A DNA stretch of 64,000 nucleotides from Macrostomum lignano (taxonomy: Eukaryota): contig NIVC01002037.1 of NCBI GenBank assembly GCA_002269645.1, positions 124,001 through 188,000 on the forward strand, given 5' to 3'. The first letter of the stretch is position 1. Every line of letters begins with the position of its first letter. Of this stretch, positions 1 through 20,402 are shown in pieces. A program made the translations under genes and the position numbers. A model generated the notes under the pieces. The model saw only the letters and a list, made by a program, of their open reading frames with translations. It did not search any database and was not told the origin of the DNA.

Positions 1-2382
<2,382 letters not shown>

Positions 2383-2789
2383 TTATACTAATATACGAAA
2401 GCTAAATATGAATAGCGAGATATTAATCTACGAGTACTTGAGTACGTACGTGTAGTCCATGGTCAGGTCTGGAGATTCAGGTGGAGAAGGTGTGTAGCGG
2501 CAGGAATTAAAGGATTGGAAAACTTATGATGGGCGTGCAACAAAATGAATGTGGTTGCAGCGATTTCTCTTCAAAACAAAATTCTCTAATAAGGACGAGA
2601 TTTGCGGCATACTCCACCGGTGAAAAAAAAATTGTGTTTTTACGTAATAAAAACTCGAAAGTGGCATATAACAGTATATATTTGCAGATAATCTCCGGAA
2701 TCAATAATTTTTTTTTCAATTTGGCGATTCAAGAAAAAATTTGCGATCCTTTTTACCGATCGTGTGTAATCTTGAACGACTCCTCAGAA

Positions 2790-3969
2790 AACCGGCGGCC
2801 CACGGGCGACGCTGAAGACGCGTTTGAGCGCCTTCTAGATTAGCGGCAGTTGGCCGCTGTCGACGACGGCGTCAGTTTCATCATTGCAGCCGGTCCCGAC
2901 GTGTGGACGGCCGTCCGGACTCTGACGAGGCGCAAAAAGCGCGTGGCGCTGAACCTGGCCCGCGACGACCCGGAGGAGCGCCGGAATGAATTGCGCGACT
3001 TCTTCGCCGGCATCGTGAACGCGCCCGCGTCGCCGCTGCTTGGTTTTGCACTCCCACCGGACTCGCCGCTCCCAGCTGAGGAGGACTTCTGCACCAGAGC
3101 AGTCACCACGGAGGACGTTGTGCTGTTCGCTCGGAAAACATCAGGCGGCAAGGCGCTCGGCCCCGACGAAGTTCCGGTCAAAGCGCTGCGGTTCCGCTGT
3201 GTGGCCTCCCAGGTGCTTGCCGGCGCCTCTGCGCGGCCACCGAGTGAACCGTCGCGCATATTGTGCCGATCTCGAAGAAGGTAGGGACAACGCAGAAAGA
3301 AGACCACCGCGAGATCTCGCTGATGTCCTGCACCGCGAAGCTCTTCAACCGGCTGCTGCTCGATCGTCTGCAGTCGGTGCTGGACCCGTACCTGCGGTAC
3401 GAGCAGAACGGATTCCGGCCCCAACGCGGTACAGTGACACAGATCCTCGCACTCCGCCGGGTCATCAACGCGCATCCGCCAGTATACGCTGATCATTGTC
3501 TTCGTTGATTTTCGAAAGGCGTTTGACTCGGTGCTGAGAGCCGTGCTTCCCTTCGTCCTTCGAGCCTACCGGATCCCGCAGCTAATCGACGCTGTCATGG
3601 CGCTGTATTGCGACACCCGAGCTGCTGTGGTGACGGCGGAAGGCCTGTCTGACCTGTTCAACACTTCCTCAGGAGTTCTGCAGGGCGACACGCTAGCGCC
3701 GTTTCTCTTCGTGCTGCTGCTGGACTAAGTGCTTCGGACCGCACTCCCCTCAGCTGACGACGGCTTCCTGCTGCGCAGACACATCGGTCGCCGTCACGGC
3801 GAAAAGCGCCTGAGCGTGCTTCTTGGCTACGCCAACGACCTTGCCCTCCTGTCCTCGCCCGTCCAGCCCAGCGCCAGCGCCAGATCGACAGGCTGGTCGA
3901 GGTAGCATCGAGCGTCAACACGCTGAAGACCGAGATGCTGACTGTGTGCGGGCCGACCTCCCAGCGGAC
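2790..3969 (+). mobile_element. Decayed RTE-like LINE, 5' part of the RT region (frameshifts and stops)
   Basis: RT motifs spread over several frames: ISLMSCTAKLFNRLLL..YEQNGFRPQRGT, IVFVDFRKAFDSV, GVLQGDTLAPFLFVLLLD, LGYANDLAL (degenerate YADD). The left boundary is approximate. Confidence 0.8.
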
Positions 3970-8305
<4,336 letters not shown>

Positions 8306-8925
8306 GAACCTTGATTTGTGACTTTGCTTGCGGGGCTGCGTAATTTGTTGTTTGTTACACTCCCCCGGCCGTGAGGAACTCGATCATATCCGGAGCTCCC
8401 ATTCGCACCTCTAGTTTTGTTTAAATAGACTGCCGGAAGTTAGCACCTATTTACGCAGCAAAACAACTCCCCCGTCCCCCCGTCCCCCCGTCCTCACTCA
8501 TATCATCCCTCAAACAGGAGATTATATATTAGCCGGAAAAGCGTTGGCAAAAAGTAAAATTAAATAGGCTTTATTATTATGAAAACATTATTACAATTAC
8601 GCTTCAGGAATTGCAAAGATATATTTGTAATATTTTGTAAAATATTTTACAGAGAGTACTTTAAATTTGTTATAAGTGCAAAAAGTATTTAACTGACCTC
8701 GAGCTTCTTTTAAATCAATTTGAGGACAACTTCGAACCTTCGAGAAGCTATACTGCGCTATTTAACGAAAGCAGAAACTCGCATAATTGTCACTTTATAA
8801 ATACACTAATACACTACCTAATTACCGATTATTTATTGCAAAACTTACTGTCAACTTATTGGAGGCAGTCAGTCTGGTAGCTAAACTCTCCTTAAGTTAA
8901 ACAATCACAATCGCTATATTTGATA

Positions 8926-8937
8926 ATGGCAGCCGTG
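8926..8937 (+). CDS. PSMC5: Candidate first coding exon (MAAV) of Rpt6/PSMC5
   Basis: ataATGGCAGCCGTG|gtaagc: good start context, consensus donor and phase 0, matching the phase-0 acceptor at 13409. The 13410 exon has no ATG before the conserved region. Confidence 0.6.
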
Positions 8938-9797
8938 GTAAGCAAATACGGAGTTACGAACTATATTATATTCTAATTTGCTCATATCTGTCATTAATAA
9001 CTACAAATTTTCGATATATATATCCATCATATATATATATATATAATATCGATATACCTATCTTTAAAATGATTCAGTTTTATGTTTTAATTTTTTAAAT
9101 TAAGTTTTAATTAAACCCACTACTGTCCGATGACATGGACACAACTAGGGCCTAGGCTCTAGTGTAAGTGTAAGTGTAGTACTAGTACATTTAAAGAGGG
9201 CAGCAGATCCCAGAATGCCAAGACTCTAGATTGATTAAAAAATATTGGGCCCAGTGAGATTTTGATTTTTTTGAACTATAGTATAATCAAGAGTATTTTT
9301 TATTTTTTTAATAGAGAAACTTAGCCTAGGCTTAGCTAAGGCCTAGGTTAGGCCTATCAATCATTATGTTATGCATGACCATGTCCATTCCATGGCATAA
9401 GTAGGTCTAAATTTATTTCTCTAGGTTTTTGCTGGCATTAAGATACAAAATAATAATTAATAGGCCTCATATATTATAAGGATTAATTTTAATATGCAAT
9501 TTCACTTGAAAGTAAAGATATTAGGCCTAATTAGCCTATTATATAGTATTCCTAATACATAGCCTATAGTTAGGAAGGTGGCAGCTGTATACCAGAGTGA
9601 TTTTTAGAGATTGGCTGATTGTTCACCAAAAATGTAAGTGTATACCCATATTCTAGAAAGTATAAATCATGCCAGAAAATTCCAATATGCATTTGGTTTG
9701 GCCTAAAAATTGTGGCATGCATTGGCATGTATTTGCTATATTGCAAAGGGTATAGGCCTAATACACTAGAAAATCCTGGTATACAAATGTTTCTATA

Positions 9798-10252
9798 GTC
9801 CGGAAGGTGGCCTTTACGCCGGAATTTTCTGGCGTAATTTTGCACTCGCTGACAATCTTGGCGTACATTTGGTGTATAGAATATTCAGGTTCAACATGAA
9901 GTGTAAACAACCGATGTACAAGAAATAGAGAAGTTCAGGGCCGATGCAATCATGTAGTTAAATATCAATCAACCAAAGCTCTTCTCTTCTGAATATAAAC
10001 GGTTAACAAAACAGAAAATATTAACAAAATTTACGAGAAAAACAAAATTAAAACAAAGAATAATAGTTTTTTAAAAAAATCAGCCATTTTAAAGTTAATG
10101 ATAATTGTTAAGTTTTTAAAAATATAAATTCTTTAAAAATTTGGCATATAAACAACTTTTGACTTGGCATAAAAAATTTCTAAACTTTATGTCGGCGTAA
10201 AATTGAAAAGACACGAATTTTCACTCCGGCGTACGCCTGCCATGATCCGGAC
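9798..10252. mobile_element. MITE-like non-autonomous DNA transposon with TA TSD
   Basis: TA|GTCCGGA...TCCGGAC|TA termini. Subterminal TACGCCGGA/TCCGGCGTA motifs at 9815, 9828 (1 mismatch) and 10225. CpG-containing island inside a CpG-free intron. Confidence 0.55.
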
Positions 10253-13200
10253 TATGGAAATGTTTTAACTGGCATATAAATGCTTTAGCTAATGTAAGTA
10301 TGGCGTACAATGAAGAAATACAGCTTTCTGACACATCATTAGCTTACAATCTAAATATACTAAATCTCTAAGGTTTGTTTATATGCTTGATTAAATGTCC
10401 ATAATGCTCTAGAGATTACAATTTATAATTATACATGTTCAAGCTTGCAACATAGCATTCAAAAGCATTGAAGTATATCATAATTGCATAAATTATGCTT
10501 AACAATCCTTGCTTTAAAAAAAGTTAATTTCAAATTTAAAGAAATAAATTAATTTGGCTAAATAATATACTAAAAGTTTCTACAGTTACTAGTAAAAATA
10601 CTATCTAAAACAATAGTAAACATAATAACTATTATATTTTACAAATTATTTCCATTTTTTAAATAATGTATGTTTCCATTTTTTGTAGCAATTATTCGCC
10701 ACGTGTATGCGCGCATTGACCACTTATTGCATTAGTTATATACTTTTTAATAATGCAATTTTTAGTGGCATACATTTTATTAGAATGCTTAATTGGTGTA
10801 ATTTATTGGTGTATACTTTACTAAATAGCCAAATACTTTCCAGTGTACATGTAACACAATCTGCAATACAGTGTATTTGGATATTGCATGCCAAAAGTAG
10901 CATATTAGCGTGCTATGGTGTGGAATAGCTGGCATAGAATGTGGCCTGGTATGATAATGGGGAATGTTTTGTTGAGACAAAAATTTGTGAAAAGACAGTA
11001 TTGTGAAGACAAGAATTCAAACTTATTTTTATTGCAAAATGACAATTAATTTTATTGTGCCAAAAAAGAAACAGTATATTTGCATGCTATCAATAGTTTT
11101 AAAAAGTTGAAGACTTAGTTTTTTTAAAGTGCATCTTTTAAACATAAAAAGTTGCATGTTTTTTCTATATACACTTGTACAAACTAGTTTGGCATGCATT
11201 TGCTTGGCACTGATGTGCATCTACTTGTCATTAGTGTGTATCTACTTGGCACTGGCATGCATTGGTTCATAGCATTTTGGTGTGCACTCAACATGATTTG
11301 ACCTATGGTTATATGCCAAAATTTTCCTTTTAAATGGTCATTCAACAGGAACAAGTATTTCCTGAAAAGAGATCATTTAACTTGATGACTGTTTCAGGAC
11401 TACAAAATAAAAATCAATATTCTTATTCTATTGTAAAATTTTACATACATGTAGTCACTTTTTAAAATAAAATGAAAATAGTATGCTTTATTTATTGTGT
11501 TCCTAATTTTTAATTAGGAGTTAGGTTAGACAATATTAAATCTCAAGATTTTTTAGGTTTACTATTTTTGATGATACAATACAAGGTTAAATTATGATTT
11601 CAAGATATCTTTTTTAAACAATAAAAAGCTTATAGCTGAAAATAGCAGTTTTCTTTGTACAACTTTAGTTTTTATAATTATATATATATATATATATTCA
11701 AAAGGTATAAACTTTATGTTAAACTTTATGCTTACTCTAAGTGAAAATTTTTACTTTTGTTAAAAATCACAAACTTAACTAATCTAATCAATACTATGCT
11801 AGATTTTTTCTCTGTCTATTGTTGCGCCAAAATGCGCCAATATTGTGCATATTCAACCCCCTTTTTGCTCCAGAATTTTCTATAAAAAGGCCATTTTCTT
11901 GACTATGGTCTTTGATAATATTCAGTAAATTGTAGCCTAATATTGACTTGAATGACCCAAATACAATACCACATAATGCAGAGTTGGGCTAGGTGAGAAA
12001 GGATTGGGAAGAGTGGACATACATGCGCAATCTCCAAAATTTGGTCAGCAGTGCAACTTATTTTTAACAAAAAATGTGATCTAGTTTTTGGCCAAAAATG
12101 CAACTTACATGTAAAAGAAACCCAAAAACAATATTAACACAACTTTGGGTAGACGGCAGGAGTAACTATGACTGTCTTATTAAGGCAAAACGCCTTGTTA
12201 TCTACTTAGTACTACTTGGGTATTTATTTGGGTGAGCATTTTTGCAACTTACCTTGGTTGGCCACCAAATCAGTTGGCTGGATTGGCTGACTTGACTGAC
12301 TGTTGCACATGTATGAGAGTGGAGGATGAAGATTGGATAGATTAAAGATCTTACTCAGTTTTCCTTGTTTTTTTCAAGCGATTTTCTAAATATCAAAATT
12401 GTTGGTCTGGTTAGAGACAGTGGGTAAAATACTATTAACTGGGGCAAAAGGTGGCAACTTTGCAATGTTGCTAAGTATACATATATGCTAAAAAATTCTG
12501 GCATACAAAAAGATCTGGGATATACCATTGTCATTACAAATTTGCATATAAAGGCGCCTAGCATATCCCTTAGTATATAGCTTGGCAAATAGAGATAGTA
12601 GGTAGGAGTTGTAGGACCAAGTTTTGAGTCCCAACTAATGTATATAGTTGATTAGTTGGCATACAAAAAATGACATAGTTCAAGTTTGGCATAGTCTTTA
12701 TATACATATATTAGATAGCTAACCTTTGATAAAAAAGTTCTTGAAATCAATGAATCACTAAAATAAAAAGAGTGTTTAACTTTTCTTAGAAAAAGGAAAG
12801 TAAAACAAAACAATTAGAACATAGTTTCTTTATAGCTAAGTAAAATAATAGGTATGTTTAAAAAGTTTCAAGTCTGTAATACACTCATAGGTTATTATTT
12901 TTAATTTTTGTCTTGACATATTTTTGTATGTAATATACATCCATTGGCATACATTGTCATACAGGAGCTAGGAAAGCAAATTTTACTCTAGTGTACACCA
13001 ATACACAATCCTAACACTAGACTATATATAGCAAGGCTTTGAAAGTAAAAAAAATGCCTTTTTATCATTTAATCTTTTCAAACTCAATATGATAATAGTT
13101 TTTACATCTCATGAAATTTGGTCAAGTAATAAAATAGTTATAGTATTTTAATTGTCTTAATTTTTTAAATAGTTTTATGCACATACATTATTAAACATGT

Positions 13201-13409
13201 GCAACACCCACCCAAATATATACGCATAGTTCTAATTAGATGACGAGGTATTTAGCTGTTATTATACTGTAATAGTTACTCCCGCCGTTTACCCAAAATT
13301 ACACAAAATTCTTGCTTTTTTTATAGGGCCCAAACAAACGCCAAGGCCCCAATTTGCTGCATTTCGAGTCTCTAAAACTAATTTAATTCAACCCCTTCCC
13401 GTCTCGCAG

Positions 13410-16400
13410 GAGGTGGTCTCAGGTCCGCACAGCGGCTCCCGCAAGCTGGGCAAGTCGCCACGACGCACTCGCGCCGACGAGGAGGTGAGCGGCGACGCCC
13501 TGCCCTCCGAGGCTGAGGCCAAACGCCAAACTGAGAGCATTCGCAGCTACTATCTGATCAAGATTGAAGAGTTCCAGCTGGCCGTTATTGACAAGGCGCA
13601 GAATTTGCGTCGTCTGGAGGCTCAGCGAAATCAGCTGAACGCTAAAGTTCGCCTGTTGCGCGAGGAGCTGCAACTGCTGCAGGAGCAGGGGTCCTATGTT
13701 GGCGAGGTGGTCAAGCCGATGAATAAGAAAAAGGTAAACATTTAGCTTTGACTTCTTTTTTTGATTCTCTAGATCTAATTGCCCTTCCCCCAATCTTCTC
13801 ATTTTCACCTCTCTCTCTCTTGTTCTTTAAATGCCCTCTACCTGATTCTCTGAAAACCCTCTACCTAATCCTCTAATTGTCTAACTGGTCGTCTAATTGC
13901 CCTTTCCCTAATCATATAATTGCCCTCTCCCTAATATTCTAATTACCCTCTTCCTAATCCTTTAAGTTCCCTCTATCTCATCCTCTAATTGCCCTCTTCC
14001 TAATTCTCTAATTGTACTCTCCTTAGTCCTCTAATTGCTCTTTACCTAATCCTCTACTTGCCCTCTTTAATCCTATAATTGCCCTTTCCCTAATCCTCTA
14101 ATTGCCCTAATCCTTTACCGTAATCCTCTAATTTCCCTCTCCCTAATCCTCTAATTGCCCTCTATCTCATCCTCTAGTTGCCCTCATCTCATCCTCTAAT
14201 TGCCCTCTTCCTAATTCTCTAATTGCACTCTCCTTAGTCCTCTTATTGCCCTTTCCCTAATCATGTAGAATTACCCTCTTCCTAATCCTCTAATTGCCCT
14301 CTTCCTAATTCTCTAATTGCACTCTCCTTAGTCCTCTAATTGCCCTTTCCCTAATCATCTAATTTTCCATTCTAATCCTATAGTTTCCCTCTCCCTAATC
14401 CTCTAATTGCCCTCTCCCTAATTTCCTAATTGCTCTCTCTCTCTCCCTAATTCTTTAATTGCCGTCCTCGTTATCTAATTTTCCTATCTTCTCTCGTCCT
14501 GCTAGCGCCCAGCCTAATGAAGAAATTTCTGCCTCTGTCTCCGCCCGCCAGGTTCTGGTAAAAGTGCACCCGGAAGGAAAGTACGTCGTGGACTTGGACA
14601 AAAACATCGACATGGCCAAAATTACGCCAAACTTGCGCGTCGCTCTGCGCAACGATTCTTATCAGCTGCACAAGATTCTGCCGTCGAAGGTTGACCCTCT
14701 GGTCAGCCTGATGATGGTTGAGAAGGTGCCAGATTCCACCTACGAAATGATTGGCGGATTGGACAAGCAGATTAAAGAGATTAAAGAGGTGATCGAACTG
14801 CCCGTCAAGCATCCGGAGCTGTTCGAAGCCCTTGGCATTGCTCAACCGAAAGGCGTGCTGCTGTACGGTCCGCCAGGCACTGGCAAAACCCTACTGGCTA
14901 GGGCTGTGGCTCACCACACCGAGTGCACTTTTATCCGCGTGTCCGGCTCCGAACTTGTGCAGAAATTTATCGGCGAAGGCGCTCGAATGGTTCGCGAGCT
15001 GTTTGTCATGGCCCGGGAGCACGCGCCTTCTATTATCTTCATGGACGAAGTTGATTCAATTGGCTCGTCTAGGCTGGAGGGCGGCTCCGGCTCGGATTCT
15101 GAGGTGCAGCGGACTATGATGGAGCTGCTCAATCAGCTGGACGGATTTGAGCCGAAGCAGAATATTAAGGTGAGGCTGGGGCTAGCGTGAGGCTTGGTGA
15201 TGTAACAGTGTCATGTCCGAGTGATGTACTAATGCGATTTCCGAGTGATGTACCAGTGTAATGTCCGAGTGATGTACCAGTGTGATGTCCGAGTGATGTA
15301 CCAGTGTGATATCCGACTGATGTACTAGTGTGATGTCCGAGTGATGTACTAGTGTGATGTCCGAGTGATGTACCAGTGTGATGTACTAATGCGATGTCCG
15401 AGTGATGTACTAGTGTGATGTCCGAGTGATGTACTAGTGTGATGTCCGAGTGATGTACCAGTGTGATGTCCGAGTGATGTACTAGTGTGATGTCCGAGTG
15501 ATGTACCAGTGTGATGTCCGAGTGATGTACTAATGCGATGTCCGAGTGATGTACTAGTGTGATGTCCGAGTGATGTACCAGTGTGATGTCCGAGTGATGT
15601 ACCAGTGTGATGTCCGAGTGATGTACCAGTGTGATGTCCGAGTGATGTACTAGTGTGATGTACTAGTGTGATGTCCGAGTGATGTACTAATGCGATGTCC
15701 GAGTGATGTCCGAGTGATGTACCAGTGTGATGTCCGAGTGATGTACCAGTGTGATTTCCGAGTGATGTTCTAGTCATGTACTAATTAGCTAATTGCTTTA
15801 ACCTCTCCTGCCCAGGTTGTCATGGCCACCAACCGCATCGACATCCTGGACAGCGCCCTGCTCCGGCCGGGTCGAATCGATCGAAAGATAGAATTTCCGG
15901 CTCCTAGCGAAGAGGCCAGGCAGGACATTCTGCGCATCCATTCGCGCAAGATGAACCTGACTAGGGGCATCAATTTGCAGCGTATCGCCGAACTCATGCC
16001 CGGAGCGTCTGGCGCCGAAGTCAAAGGCGTGTGCACCGAGGCCGGCATGTACGCCCTGAGGGAGCGCCGGGTGCACGTCACTCAGGAGGACTTCGAGTTG
16101 TCCGTGGCTAAGGTGAATTGTGGCATTTTTTTGTTTTACCAATTTGCTACTGGTAGCAGTAGTCTAAAAAGCTTTTGTATAAGCACACACCTGGCACGCT
16201 GCTCACTATAGTGATCAACAAATATCAGTTAAGGGACTAGAAAGTCAGTAGAGTGACTAGAAAGTCAGTAGAGTGACCAGAGAGTTATTAGAGTGACTAG
16301 AAAGTCATTAGAGTGACTAAGAAGTCAGTTGAGTGACTAGAAAGTCAGTAGAGTGACTAGAAAGTCAGTAGAGTGACTAAAAAGTCAGTAGAGTGACAAA

Positions 16401-16681
16401 ATAGTCAGTAGAGTGACTAAAAAGTCAGTAGAGTGACCAAAAAGTCAGTAGAGTGACTAAATAGTCAGTAGAGTGACTAAATAGTCAGTAGAGTGACCAA
16501 AAAGTCAGTAGAGTGACTAAATAGTCAGTAGAGTCACGAGAAAGTCAGTAGAGTGCAATGCAAATTATTCAGTTGTGTCATGCTACTTTTTGCAATTCAC
16601 ACCGGGACTTTGTCGCGAACCCCGCAGATCATGCTCAAGGACCAAGAGAAGAACGTCTCCATTAAGAAGATCTGGAAGTGA
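13410..16681 (+). CDS. PSMC5: 26S proteasome regulatory ATPase subunit Rpt6 (PSMC5/SUG1), exons 13410-13733, 14552-15169, 15816-16112, 16628-16681
   Basis: [44 protein letters not shown]; Walker A GPPGTGKT; Walker B IIFMDE; [25 protein letters not shown]; C-terminus [10 protein letters not shown]. All introns are GT-AG, phase 0. Confidence 0.97.
13820..14470. repeat. Degenerate ~20-bp pyrimidine-rich minisatellite (cctaatcctctaattgccctct), Rpt6 intron
   Basis: Visible tandem periodicity. Confidence 0.85.
15200..15775. repeat. 24-bp minisatellite (gtgatgtccgagtgatgtaccagt), Rpt6 intron
   Basis: Near-perfect tandem units. Confidence 0.92.
16228..16555. repeat. 20-bp minisatellite (agtcagtagagtgactaaaa), Rpt6 intron
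   Basis: Tandem units. Confidence 0.9.
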
Positions 16682-17079
16682 AGCATTGAGTCGCTCGATC
16701 GTGTTCCTCTATGACTTAAAATATCTATTGACCTGTGTGTGTGCTCAGTGAGTGCTCAGTCTGATTTAATTCACACGCATGCTGAGCACTTTCTCGAGGC
16801 TCAGACTGAACTCGCAAGTTTCTTTTGCTGGCTTTTCTGTTATTTTTTATTACCTTCTGCCTGCCCGCACACACTAAAGATTTTGAGTTGGGTTTTTTTA
16901 GTTTCAGGAAACTTTAAATATTTCTTTAAGTATCTTTGAGTGTTTGTTAACCAGATTGAAAGCGACATAAGAACCACTCTCTGTATAATTCTTTATAATT
17001 CCCGAGAAATTCTAGCTTTAAAGAGCAGCAGAAGTACTTTAAGCATAATTTTAAACACCTCGTTAAACCAATCTGGGAA

Positions 17080-17500
17080 ATTGTCGTTAAACATCCCCGA
17101 TAAACCAATCGGAGAAATCTACCTTAAACATCCCCGATAAACCAATCGGAGAAACCTACCTTAAACATACCCGATAAACCGATCGGAGAAACCTACCTTA
17201 AACATCCCCGATAAACCAATCGGAGAAACCTACCTTAAACATCCCCGATAAACCAATCAGAGAAATCTACCTTAAACATCCCCGATAAACCAATCAGAGA
17301 AACCTACCTTAAACATCCTGATAAACCAATCGGAGAAACCTACCTTAAACATACCCGATAAACCGATCGGAGAAACCTACCTTAAACATCCCCGATAAAC
17401 CAATCAGAGAAATCTACCTTAAACATCCTGATAAACCAATCAGAGAAACCTACCTTAAACCTTCCCGATAAGCCAATCGGAGAAACATCTCAATCCCCAT
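17080..17500. repeat. 37-bp minisatellite (aaaccaatcggagaaacctaccttaaacatccccgat)
   Basis: About 11 tandem units downstream of Rpt6. Confidence 0.9.
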
Positions 17501-18284
17501 AAACCAGCTGCTCAAGTTAGTATTCAACAATCGGTAATACGGTTTTTGCGCCGCTCCATTCTGTTTTGTTTCGCTTCCTAATTTCTTGTCCCCGCGTTCT
17601 GTCGGTTTTGCTCCTATAAATAATTATTAATTTGTCATCGTTTTGTCCAAGCATCCGGGGCCTTATACTGTATTCAATACTTGTTTCGTAGACTCCATCA
17701 TAAGTTTAGGATGGTTAGTTGAGGGAACTGAAAATACAGGAGCGAGTGAAAGTTTAAATTAAACAATTTAATAGACTCTAAAGTATTTATCTTCTGTCAA
17801 TTTTGGTTGTGCCTGAGTGTTATCTTTGTTAATATTTGAGGCATGAAGTATACCCAGCGGCACAAATGCATTGAAACCCCAAATCCTGCATATTATATAT
17901 TCAGTTTGTCTGATTTTATAACTTTCAGAAACCTGCATAGCTGGCAGAAATGCTCATATGAAAAACTAAATCTAATCCTCTGTGTTGCCACTTGCTTGAT
18001 AAATATAAAAAAATTGAAAATCGTTAAAATTGACACATTTTCACAATAATAAACACCCAGCACAATGTGGACAATTTGCGTGAATGAAAATGTATTAATA
18101 AATAATAAAATAAAACAAAAATTAACTTTGTAAAACAGTTTCATTTTGGTGACTAAACAGGCAGTTTATATATAGCTTTGCAAACTTTCATTGCGTCAAT
18201 TTTTACTGTATTGATATGTTTTCAACGAAAATGATATTTAATAATTAAAATTCCTCTAAGAACTCAAGAATGGCCTCAAAAGTG

Positions 18285-19135
18285 CAATGAGCATTGTATC
18301 AATCAAAAGTGCAATGTGAATCGCTTCGATAAAAAAGTGCAATAGGAACCGCATCAAAAGTGCAATAAGAATCGCATCAAAAGTGCAATAAGAATCGCAT
18401 CAAAAGTGCAATAAGAATCGCATCAAAAGTGCAATAAGAATCGCATCAAAAGTGCAATAAGATTCGCATCAAAAGTGCAATAAGAATCGCATCAAAAGTG
18501 CAATAAGAATCGCATCAAAAGTGCAATTTGAATCGCATCAAAAGTGCAATAGGAACCGCATCAAAGTGCAATAAGATTCGCATCAAAAGTGCAATAAGAT
18601 TCGCTCAAAAGTGCAAAAAGAATCGCATCAAAAGTGCAATAAGAATCGCATCAAAAGTGCAATAAGATTCGCATCAAAAGTGCAATAAGAACTACATCGA
18701 AAGTACTTTCAAAAGTGCAATAAGAATCGCATAAAAAGTTCAATAAGCATCGCATCAAAAGTGTAATAAGAATCGCATGTGCAATAGGAACCGCATCAAA
18801 GTGCAATAAGAATCGCATCAAAAGTGCAATAAGAACCGCATCAAAAGTGCAATAAGAATCGCATCAAAAGTGCAATAAGAATCGCATCAAAAGTGCAATA
18901 AGAATCGCATCAAAAGTGCAATAAGAATCGCATCAAAAGTGCAATAAGATTCGCATCAAAAGTGCAATGTGAATCGCATCAAAAGTGCAATAAGATTCGC
19001 ATCAAAAGTGCAATAAGAATCGCATCAAAAGTGCAATAAGAATCGCATCAAAAGTGCAATAAGAATCGCATCAAAAGTGCAATAAGAATCGCATCAAAAG
19101 TGCAATACCAATTGCATCAAAAGTGGAATAGAAAT
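18285..19135. repeat. 23-bp minisatellite (aagaatcgcatcaaaagtgcaat)
   Basis: About 36 tandem units. Confidence 0.92.
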
Positions 19136-19858
19136 TGCCTCAAAGTACATTTAGAATGGTTTCAAAAGTCGAACAAGAATCATCTCTTCCACTTTATTTA
19201 TTATATCATTTTTTTATTTATATCATTTATGAATATTTGCATAATGTAATTAAACGATCTCAAAAGTGCAAGCAATTATATCATTGCCTCAACAGCGCAT
19301 TCAGAATCAACTCAAATCTTGGCCTGAGAATCGCCTGAAAGCTTTCGATCCTAAAAAGATGTACTTTTATTAATTTTACATGTAAACGAACAGCCTTATA
19401 CAATAATTAGAAAGCAAAAAAGAGATTCCTCATTAAGATTTACATGTTCTCTATTCAACTTGCCGAGAAAACGGTCTTGCTCATAGACAAAAATTTAATG
19501 GAAACAATTGTCTTTTAGTTATTGAATAATTTGAAGGATTAAAGATTGGCACTGCCGAATGCAACGAGGCGGCTTTACAACTTTTTTTAGTTTTCAGTTA
19601 CTGATTTCATGGATTTCTGATCGTAGATTTAAAAACACCTAGTTTAATACAAATTTTCTTTTCGTCTGGACAGATTTCAGTTTGACTTCGAGAATTTGAA
19701 TCGATCAGCCGTTGATCGATCGATTTATTTATCCACTGATTTGTGATTTGCAATAAATTGAAATCTCAGCTCTGAATGGCGCAAGCAAGGTGAGCTTAGG
19801 AACAGTTCTCTAATGGCGCTTTTTGATGATCCCACAGTCTCAGATCTAATATAGGATC

Positions 19859-20400
19859 TCATCCTATAATGGGATCCGATCCCACAGTCCCTGATCCCAT
19901 AATGGAATCCGATCCTACAGTCCCTGATCCCATAATGGAATCCGATCCTACAGTCCCTGATCCCATAATGGAATCCGATCCTACAGTCCCTGATCCCATA
20001 ATGGGATCCCATCCCACAGTCCCTGATCCCATAATGGAATCCGATCCTACAGTCCCTGATCCCATAATGAAATCCGATCCTACAGTCCCTGATCCCATAA
20101 TGGGATCCGATCCCACAGTCCCTGATCCCATAATGGAATCCGATCCTACAGTCCCTGATCCCATAATGGGATCCGATCCTACGTACAGTCCCTGATCCCC
20201 TAATGGAATCCGATCCTACGTACAGTCCCTGATCCCCTAATGGGATCCGATCCTACAGTCCCTGATCCCCTAATGGAATCCGATCCTACAGTCCCTGATC
20301 CCATAATGGAATCCGATCCTACAGTCCCTGATCCCCTAATGGGATCCGATCCTACACTCCCTGATCCCCTAATGGGATCCGATCCCACAGTCCCTGATCC
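19859..20400. repeat. 33-bp minisatellite (gggatccgatcccacagtccctgatcccataat)
   Basis: Tandem units; gives spurious [11 protein letters not shown] repeat ORFs. Confidence 0.92.
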
Positions 20401-20402
20401 GA

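Noticed and set aside
13240-13247. ATGACGAG|gtattt as the Rpt6 first exon
   Set aside because: Phase 2, incompatible with the phase-0 acceptor at 13409; joining to the 13326 acceptor hits a stop.
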